This document shows positions 53,501-62,613 of a DNA stretch of 64,000 nt, piece after piece. The stretch is from positions 18,228,001-18,292,000 of the forward strand of contig OZ059895.1 in the NCBI GenBank assembly GCA_964057225.1. Direction: 5' to 3'. Source of the DNA: Auanema rhodensis (Eukaryota > Animalia > Nematoda). Positions within the stretch are counted from its first letter, which is position 1; the number at the start of each line of letters is the position of its first letter. A program made the translations under genes and the position numbers. The notes beneath the pieces are model-generated. The model did not search any database and was not told the origin of the DNA. It saw only the letters and a list, made by a program, of their open reading frames with translations.

Positions 53501-56500
53501 ACTATTGAAGCATTTCTTAATGTCATTATCTTCTACATTTTCAAAACAAAAAGGATTTCTGGAGATATGGGGAATTGAACCCCAGCCCTCTCCCATGCTA
53601 AGGGAGCGCTCTACCACTGAGCTATATCCCCACACATGTACGTGTTTCCAGTTCTTTATTGAAACCTACAGTACTTCGAGACTATAAATGAAATATTGGA
53701 GGTGAAACCAAGTGCTGTCTACGTTGTTTCAATTGAAAATCAATGGGATACTTTCTGTATTATGACTCTTGAAGCATTTCTTAATGTCATTATCTTCTAC
53801 ATTTTTAAAACAAAAACGATTTCTGGAGATATGGGGAATTGAACCCCAGCCCTCTCCCATGCTAAGGGAGCGCTCTACCACTGAGCTATATCCCCACACA
53901 TGTACGTGTTTCAAGTTCTTTATTCAAACCTTCAGTACCTCGAGACTATAAATGAAATATTGGAGGTGAAACCAAGTGCTGTCTACGTTGTTTCATATAA
54001 AAATCAATGTAATACTTTCTGTATTATGACTCTTGCAGCATTTCTTAATGTCATTATCTTCTACATTTTTAAAACAAAAAGGATTTCTGGAGATATGGGG
54101 AATTGAACCCCAGCCCTCTCCCATGCTAAGGGAGCGCTCTACCACTGAGCTATATCCCCACACATGTACGTGTTTCAAGTTCTTTATTCAAACCTACAGT
54201 ACCTCGAGACTATAAATGAAATATTGGAGGTGAAACAAAGTGCTGTCTACGTTGTTTCATATAAAAATCAATGGAATACTTTCTGTATTATGACTCTTGA
54301 AGCATTTCTTAATGTCATTATCTTCTACATTTTCAAAACAAAAAGGATTTCTGGAGATATGGGGAATTGAACCCCAGCCCTCTCCCATGCTAAGGGAGCG
54401 CTCTACCACTGAGCTATATCCCCACACATGTACGTGTTTCAAGTTCTTTATTCAAACCTACAGTACCTCGAGACTATAAATGAAATATTGGAGGTGAAAC
54501 AAAGTGCTGTCTACGTTGTTTCATATAAAAATCAATGGAATACTTTCTGTATTATGACTCTTGAAGCATTTCTTAATGTCATTATCTTCTACATTTTCAA
54601 AACAAAAAGGATTTCTGGAGATATGGGGAATTGAACCCCAGCCCTCTCCCATGCTAAGGGAGCGCTCTACCACTGAGCTATATCCCCACACATGTACGTG
54701 TTTCAAGTTCTTTATTCAAACCTACAGTACCTCGAGACTATAAATGAAATATTGGAGGTGAAACAAAGTGCTGTCTACGTTGTTTCATATAAAAATCAAT
54801 GGAATACTTTCTGTATTATGACTCTTGAAGCATTTCTTAATGTCATTATCTTCTACATTTTCAAAACAAAAAGGATTTCTGGAGATATGGGGAATTGAAC
54901 CCCAGCCCTCTCCCATGCTAAGGGAGCGCTCTACCACTGAGCTATATCCCCACACATGTACGTGTTTCAATTTCTTTATTCAAACCTACAGTACCTCGAG
55001 ACTACAAATGAAAAATTGGAGGTGAAACAAAGTGCTGTCTACGTTGTTTCATATAAAAATCAATGGAATACTTTCTGTATTATGACTCTTGAAGCATTTC
55101 TTAATGTCATTATCTTCTACATTTTCAAAACAAAAAGGATTTCTGGAGATATAGGGAATTGAACCCCAGACCTCTCCCATGCGAAGGGAGCGCTCTACCA
55201 CTGAGCTATATCCCCACACATGTACGTGTTTCAAGTTCTTTATTCAAACCTACAGTACCTCGAGACTATAAATGAAATTTTGGAGGTGAAACAAAGTGCT
55301 GTCTACGTTGTTTCAATAGAAAATCAATGGAATACTTTCTGTATTATGACTCTTGAAGCATTTCTTAATGTCATTATCTTCTACATTTTCAAAACAAAAA
55401 GGATTTCTGGAGATATGGGGATTTGAACCCCAGACCTCTCCCATGCGAAGGGAGCGCTCTACCACTGAGCTATATCCCCACACATGTACGTGTTTCCAGT
55501 TCTTTATTCAAACCTACAGTACCTCGAGACTATAAATGAAATATTGGAGGTGAAACAAAGTGCTGTCTACGTTGTTTCATATAAAAATCAATGGAATACT
55601 TTCTGTATTATGACTATTGAAGCATTTCTTAATGTCATTATCTTCTACATTTTCAAAACAAAAAGGATTTCTGGAGATATGGGGAATTGAACCCCAGCCC
55701 TCTCCCATGCTAAGGGAGCGCTCTACCACTGAGCTATATCCCCACACATGTACGTGTTTCAAGTTCTTTATTCAAACCTTCAGTACCTCGAGACTATAAA
55801 TGAAATATTGGAGGTGAAACAAAGTGCTGTCTACGTTGTTTCATATAAAAATCAATGGAATACTTTCTGTATTATGACTATTGAAGCATTTCTTAATGTC
55901 ATTATCTTCTACATTTTCAAAACAAAAAGGATTTCTGGAGATATGGGGAATTGAACCCCAGCCCTCTCCCATGCTAAGGGAGCGCTCTACCACTGAGCTA
56001 TATCCCCACACATGTACGTGTTTCCAGTTCTTTATTGAAACCTACAGTACTTCGAGACTATAAATGAAATATTGGAGGTGAAACCAAGTGCTGTCTACGT
56101 TGTTTCAATTGAAAATCAATGGGATACTTTCTGTATTATGACTCTTGAAGCATTTCTTAATGTCATTATCTTCTACATTTTTAAAACAAAAACGATTTCT
56201 GGAGATATGGGGAATTGAACCCCAGCCCTCTCCCATGCTAAGGGAGCGCTCTACCACTGAGCTATATCCCCACACATGCACGTGTTTCAAGTTCTTTATT
56301 CAAACCTTCAGTACCTCGAGACTATAAATGAAATATTGGAGGTGAAACCAAGTGCTGTCTACGTTGTTTCATATAAAAATCAATGTAATACTTTCTGTAT
56401 TATGACTCTTGAAGCATTTCTTAATGTCATTATCTTCTACATTTTTAAAACAAAAAGGATTTCTGGAGATATGGGGAATTGAACCCCAGCCCTCTCCCAT

Positions 56501-58983
56501 GCTAAGGGAGCGCTCTACCACTGAGCTATATCCCCACACATGTACGTGTTTCAAGTTCTTTATTCAAACCTTCAGTACCTCGAGACTATAAATGAAATAT
56601 TGGAGGTAAAACCAAGTGCTGTCTACGTTGTTTCATATAAAAATCAATGGAATACTTTCTGTATTATGACTATTGAAGCATTTCTTAATGTCATTATCTT
56701 CTACATTTTCAAAACAAAAAGGATTTCTGGAGATATGGGGAATTGAACCCCAGCCCTCTCCCATGCTAAGGGAGCGCTCTACCACTGAGCTATATCCCCA
56801 CACATGTACGTGTTTCCAGTTCTTTATTGAAACCTACAGTACTTCGAGACTATAAATGAAATATTGGAGGTGAAACCAAGTGCTGTCTACGTTGTTTCAA
56901 TTGAAAATCAATGGGATACTTTCTGTATTATGACTCTTGAAGCATTTCTTAATGTCATTATCTTCTACATTTTTAAAACAAAAACGATTTCTGGAGATAT
57001 GGGGAATTGAACCCCAGCCCTCTCCCATGCTAAGGGAGCGCTCTACCACTGAGCTATATCCCCACACATGTACGTGTTTCAAGTTCTTTATTCAAACCTT
57101 CAGTACCTCGAGACTATAAATGAAATATTGGAGGTGAAACCAAGTGCTGTCTACGTTGTTTCATATAAAAATCAATGTAATACTTTCTGTATTATGACTC
57201 TTGAAGCATTTCTTAATGTCATTATCTTCTACATTTTTAAAACAAAAAGGATTTCTGGAGATATGGGGAATTGAACCCCAGCCCTCTCCCATGCTAAGGG
57301 AGCGCTCTACCACTGAGCTATATCCCCACACATGTACGTGTTTCAAGTTCTTTATTCAAACCTTCAGTACCTCGAGACTATAAATGAAATATTGGAGGTA
57401 AAACCAAGTGCTGTCTACGTTGTTTCAATTGAAAATCAATAGAATACTCTCTGTATTATGACTCTTGAAGCATTTCTTAATGTCATTATCTTCTACATTT
57501 TTAAAACAAAAAGGATTTCTGGAGATATGGGGAATTGAACCCCAGCCCTCTCCCATGCTAAGGGAGCGCTCTACCACTGAGCTATATCCCCACACATGTA
57601 CGTGTTTCAAGTTCTTTATTCAAACCTTCAGTACTTCGAGACTATAAATGAAATATTGGAGGTGAAACCAAGTGCTGTCTACGTTGTTTCATATAAAAAT
57701 CAATGTAATACTTTCTGTATTATGACTCTTGAAGCATTTCTTAATGTCATTATCTTCTACATTTTCAAAACAAAAAAGATTTCTGGAGATATGGGGAATT
57801 GAACCCCAGACCTCTCCCATGCTAAGGGAGCGCTCTACCACTGAGCTATATCACCACACATGTACGTGTTTCAAGTTCTTTATTCAAACCTTCAGTACCT
57901 CGAGACTATAAATGAAATATTGGAGGTGAAACCAAGTGCTGTCTACGTTGTTTCATATAAAAATCAATGTAATACTTTCTGTATTATGACTCTTGAAGCA
58001 TTTCTTAATGTCATTATCTTCTACATTTTTAAAACAAAAAGGATTTCTGGAGATATGGGGAATTGAACCCCAGCCCTCTCCCATGCTAAGGGAGCGCTCT
58101 ACCACTGAGCTATATCCCCACACATGTACGTGTTTCAAGTTCTTTATTCAAACCTTCAGTACTTCGAGACTATAAATGAAATATTGGAGGTGAAACCAAG
58201 TGCTGTCTACGTTGTTTCATATAAAAATCAATGTAATACTTTCTGTATTATGACTCTTGAAGCATTTCTTAATGTCATTATCTTCTACATTTTCAAAACA
58301 AAAAAGATTTCTGGAGATATGGGGAATTGAACCCCAGACCTCTCCCATGCGAAGGGAGCGCTCTACCACTGAGCTATATCCCCACACATGTACGTGTTTC
58401 AATTTCTTTATTCAAACCTACAGTACCTCGAGACTATAAATGAAATATTGGAGGTGAAACCAAGTGCTGTCTACGTTGTTTCAATTGAAAATCAATGGGA
58501 TACTTTCTGTATTATGACTCTTGAAGCATTTCTTAATGTCATTATCTTCTACATTTTCAAAACAAAAAGGATTTCTGGAGATATGGGGAATTGAACCCCA
58601 GCCCTCTCCCATGCTAAGGGAGCGCTCTACCACTGAGCTATATCCCCACACATGTACGTGTTTCAAGTTCTTTATTCAAACCTTCAGTACTTCGAGACTA
58701 TAAATGAAATATTGGAGGTGAAACCAAGTGCTGTCTACGTTATTTCAGATAGAAAATAATAGAATAATCTCTGTATTATGACGCTTGAAGCATTTTCCAA
58801 TGTCGTCATTTTCTACATTTTCAAAACAAAAAAGATTTCTGGAGATATGGGGAATTGAACCCCAGCCCTCTCCCATGCTAAGGGAGCGCTCTACCACTGA
58901 GCTATATCCCCACACATGTACGTGTTTCTAGTTCTTTATTGAAACCTACAGTACTTCGAGACTATAAATGAAAAATTGGAGGT

Positions 58984-59392
58984 CGTTCCATGGTGGTTCC
59001 CCAGGGTTCCGGCTGGGTAACCACATGGAATTATTTTCTTTTCTTCCAAATATAAATGATAAAGAGTATAGAGAGAAAGGTTTATTCATGATAAAGTATA
59101 CAAATTACAATAATAAAAGTTACATAATGATTCCTAGTCGCAGCCCAAAGGACTCGTAAGGAAACCTTATATAGTATTCCTTACGAGCATAAAAAGTGGT
59201 TATATCAGGTCCGCGGAACTTGGTTCCGCTTGAATTGGGCTTTCTTTAATTAAACTTAATATGAAAAAGTGTTCGTTCATTGTTGCATTGAATTCCTGTT
59301 TCTCAAATGTAGCGTCAGCTATTTGTTTTTATAATGTTCCGTTTTATAAGCGATTGACGTTGTCAATCGCTCTACTTATAGGACACGTATGG
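58984..59392 (-). repeat. 3' LTR of element 3 (about 99% identical to the element 2 LTR; lacks its first 4 nt)
   Basis: Reverse complement matches 37719-38127 with about 4 mismatches. Confidence 0.93.
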
Positions 59393-61148
59393 CTCCTCGT
59401 TTGCCAATGCAGAGTTGATAGGTGTTATCTGCCTGGCAAGGTATCATAGATAGGGCGATGACGGATAAGAATAGCGGTATGAACGGAAGTGTCTTCTTTG
59501 TTTTGACTGTTCCCTTTTCTACTTTGTTAACGTGAAAACGGACGCTGGGGCTTCTTGTGCGATCTCTGTGCCTGTTATGTGGTCCATATGAAGTGCTGCG
59601 ATTTCGTTGTTGAAATCCGCGATCAGGACAGTTTCCGCGGTTGTATCGGTCGTTTCCTCTGTGCTCCTGTCGATCGTTCCTTCTGCTATCATATCGATCG
59701 TTTCCTCTGCTGTTGTATCGATCATTGTATCTATCGTACCGTTGGGGGCTACGATAATTGTTGTATCCTCGTTGATATCCATTGTTTCTGTTATCCTGTC
59801 TGAAGTTGTGACGGTTATTTTGTCGATCCTCTTGGTATCTTGGTGAGCGGTATCCTCCTCTTCTTTGATTCCATTGCTCTTGTGGTTGTTGTGGTCTTGA
59901 TTGATTTCCATAGAATGTTATTGATTGGTGTGTTTGTGATCCGTCATAGATTTTCTCCTGTTGTGATGCTCTCATGTGGTTTATGAGACCATTATTAATC
60001 TCTAGTTGTTCCACGTCTTTAATCAAGTTGTTGACCAAGAGCGAAGGATCCTCGTCAGCTTCCACAGTTTCGGCAATAGTCACGGCTGCATCAAAGGTGA
60101 TAGGGCTGCGGTTATTGACATGTGTTCTTAAAGTCTTTCGTAGTCCTCCTAAGAATGAAACTCGTAGTATTCTTTCATCGGCTGTCGAGTCCATGTTGCA
60201 TGATTCATAGGCAAGGTTTCTGCAGCGTTGAGCGAAATTTTGTACCGTTTCGTGCTCTCCTTGTTTCAAATGAGTGAGTTTTGTGAATGCTGCATCTCTC
60301 TTTTCTGGAGGTTGTAATTTCTCCGATAGTATGCGTTTGACGTGGTTCCATCCCTGGCGTAAGTCTTCTGCTGGTATAGTTCGAAGAGCTTCAGCGGCTC
60401 TATCCGTTCCGAGAAGTAGATAGAGATGGGAAAGTCTCTCGGCAATAGGGACTTGAAGGGCATCGAAATATCCTTCTAGTCTTTGCATGTAGAGGTTGAA
60501 TGGAACCGATCCATCATAAAGCGTAGGTTTGTGATGGCGAATAGAAACGTTGTGGGCTCTTGCAATAGGAGAGTTGTCTTGCTCCATCTGCTCTGCCATT
60601 TGAGGGCGACTTCTCTGCTCTGTAACATTCGAAGTCAAATTTACGTTATTGTCTGACGAAGAAGAGACAGGAGACAGAGAGTGCCCGTGCAAAGATTGAT
60701 CAGTGGAAGAGGGAGAGTTTCTAGGAATAGGAGAGGTGAGGATTTCCGCATTTGCGGTTTGAACAAGGCGTTGAGGAGAAGTGTGATTTGGAGGACAAGT
60801 GTTAGTGCCGGTATTAACAACTGTTTTTGGAGAGTGAGAAGAGCGTTTGGGCGTAGATTTACTGGATGATGTTTTATTCTTATTCAAGCTAATTGCATGC
60901 CTAGTAGTTTTAATAGCAGTAGTATAAAGTTTCTTAGCAGTTAGCGGTGTACCCGGAATAGGGGGTAATTTCTTTGATTTCGCGTTCGTTTTCGGATATT
61001 TCGCATCTGGTCGGAATGCATCCGGTGGTCCTCTTTTTCTTTGGTTTCTATGCAGTGCTGCTTCCACTGTCTGAGTTTTCTCTGCGCTATTCGTAGCATT
61101 TTGGGCAATATTTCCCGGCGGAGGATTTTGATTCGCTGCGTCAGCCAT
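59376..61148 (-). CDS. gag: Gag-like polyprotein (590 aa), truncated by fusion to the 3' LTR
   Basis: Capsid-like KPTLYDGSVPFNLYMQRLEGYF; major-homology-like LKQGEHETVQNFAQRCRNLA; FLGGLR...PITFDAAVTIAETVE; R/N/D/Y-rich basic tail. The last residues (IRVL*) come from LTR sequence. No protease, RT or integrase motif. Confidence 0.88.
   Translation of the reverse strand: MADAANQNPPPGNIAQNATNSAEKTQTVEAALHRNQRKRGPPDAFRPDAKYPKTNAKSKKLPPIPGTPLTAKKLYTTAIKTTRHAISLNKNKTSSSKSTPKRSSHSPKTVVNTGTNTCPPNHTSPQRLVQTANAEILTSPIPRNSPSSTDQSLHGHSLSPVSSSSDNNVNLTSNVTEQRSRPQMAEQMEQDNSPIARAHNVSIRHHKPTLYDGSVPFNLYMQRLEGYFDALQVPIAERLSHLYLLLGTDRAAEALRTIPAEDLRQGWNHVKRILSEKLQPPEKRDAAFTKLTHLKQGEHETVQNFAQRCRNLAYESCNMDSTADERILRVSFLGGLRKTLRTHVNNRSPITFDAAVTIAETVEADEDPSLLVNNLIKDVEQLEINNGLINHMRASQQEKIYDGSQTHQSITFYGNQSRPQQPQEQWNQRRGGYRSPRYQEDRQNNRHNFRQDNRNNGYQRGYNNYRSPQRYDRYNDRYNSRGNDRYDSRRNDRQEHRGNDRYNRGNCPDRGFQQRNRSTSYGPHNRHRDRTRSPSVRFHVNKVEKGTVKTKKTLPFIPLFLSVIALSMIPCQADNTYQLCIGKRGAIRVL
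59641..59735 (-). repeat. Degenerate 24-nt (8-aa) coding minisatellite in the Gag tail
   Basis: NDRYNSRG-NDRYDSRR-NDRQEHRG-NDRYNRGN. Confidence 0.8.
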
Positions 61149-62253
61149 CTTTGTTGGTTTCCTGGAAGGAAATTATTAACCAACAAAGACTGAGCTTATA
61201 TTATACAAAACGTAAGAGACAATATGGGGTTGGTATGCGCGACTCCTGTTCCTGTCAGGGGGCCAGCCTGCAGCGGGTCTCTAGTCGGAGAATAGCCTGG
61301 TCAGGTTCATACACGAGTCCGCAACTACGTGTGACCTTTAGTAAAGGACCAAGTTCTTATCTCTCGAAGAGGCATGAGATATGAGACAGTGGTCTGTGTA
61401 TTGCTCCTTTTCAGTCATGGACAAGATCAGGTACACAGGCTTCTCATACTCACTTTTCCAGACTTCTCTTACCTAAGCAAACCCCCAAAAGACGTTCCCT
61501 TTTAACGTTACTTCTGTTCCCCTGGGTCTTGCTAGGTGGGACCACTCAACTTCAAAATATTCTTTAATTCTCATATGGGACCAAAAAGGGTTAATTTCAA
61601 ATGATTGCGCGTCTTATATCAAAAAGTGTACGCCTCCGCGCGATGTCCCGAGAATGTCTGGTATTGTTTCTTACGGGGCTTTCTCATAAAAATGCGTTAG
61701 ATATCAAGAATAGTGGTTTTGTTTATGAATCAATGTTTTCAGAATGATTTATGAATAGATTTTCAAAATTAGCTTGTGATAAGAAGTTTTCAAGATGACT
61801 TATGGGTAAGTGTTGCAATATGAATAAATGTCTTTAAGATATTTCATGAATTGATAGTTTTTAATATTATTCGTGGTTAAATATTTTAATATGCTTGTTC
61901 CAAAAAGAGTTTTTATGCATTATATGCTTTTAACATACAGGAAAGTAGAGGAATAAAGTAGGAATATAGATTGTAATAGATAATATGTATAAGACATTTT
62001 TTTCAAATAGATATATCAGAAATGATGTTAGAAGAATGATATTTAGAGATAAATTCGAATTACTAGATTAAATTGAAGTTTTTGTTTTAGATACAAAATT
62101 GACTTGAAAGTTTGAAATATTAAATTAAATTAGAATTTTGGATATGAAATCAAGATAAATTTTTAGAGTAGAAATAGATTTCAAAGAAAGAGAAAGTAAT
62201 TTAAAGGTGAGAAAAGTAGCGGCAATGGTCCATAGAGATTCGTCCCTTATAGA

Positions 62254-62274
62254 CGAATCTCGGTGGAACCTCCA
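62254..62274 (-). promoter_or_regulatory. Primer-binding site, tRNA-Gln
   Basis: Minus strand TGGAGGTTCCACCGAGATTCG, identical to the element 2 PBS and abutting the LTR. Confidence 0.92.
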
Positions 62275-62613
62275 CGTTCCATATTGGTTCCTAGGGTTCC
62301 GGCTAGGTAACCATATGGACTTTAATAGTGTGAATGCCATTGTAAAAGTAACAGAGAGTAGAGAAAAAGAAGTTTATTCAGAATATGGAAATACAATTAT
62401 AAAAGCAAAATACAATAATCAAATAAATGAAACTACATGTTATGAGAAAGCCAACCTAGTTGCTTTCTCAGGGGTTTATATAGCAAAATATTAATTACAA
62501 ATATAATTGAATTTATACCAAAAGTAGTTCAGGTCTAGTTTCTTATTGAATTCTATTAACCAAAAGTCGGTTGACGTTGTCAACCGCCTTCTTTATAAGA
62601 CACGTATGGAACA
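62275..62613 (-). repeat. 5' LTR of element 3 (339 bp, a diverged LTR subtype)
   Basis: Begins TGTTCCATACGTGTC and ends GGAACG. Shares the termini, U3 hairpin, TATATAA, AATAAA and U5 motif with the element 2 LTR, but the body differs. Confidence 0.9.

Larger units (their letters stand above)
38128..58983 (-). repeat. tRNA-Ala tandem array, block 3 (79 tRNA genes, 38253-38324 to 58840-58911; about 23 are CGC)
   Basis: 264-bp unit with five 1-bp deletions; the spacer haplotype catataaaaatcaatgg dominates. Confidence 0.97.
58984..62613 (-). mobile_element. LTR retroelement 3 (Ty3/gypsy-like, 3630 bp): gag open, pol deleted, discordant LTRs
   Basis: TSD AGGT (58980-58983 and 62614-62617), termini TGTTCC...GGAACG on the minus strand, tRNA-Gln PBS, and a 590-aa Gag-like ORF. 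Confidence 0.95.

Noticed and set aside
37719-59392. Inversion or composite element bounded by the inverted, near-identical LTRs
   Set aside because: The enclosed tRNA units have the same orientation as those outside, and each LTR belongs to its own element.
59519-61384. Short ORFs overlapping gag (130, 82, 79, 78 aa and others) and the antisense ORF at 35587-36114
   Set aside because: These are shadow frames of the gag coding sequence, with no independent motifs.
62254-62274. tRNA-Gln gene fragments (also at 26312 and 34316)
   Set aside because: Only the 3'-terminal ~21 nt including CCA are present, abutting LTRs. These are primer-binding sites.
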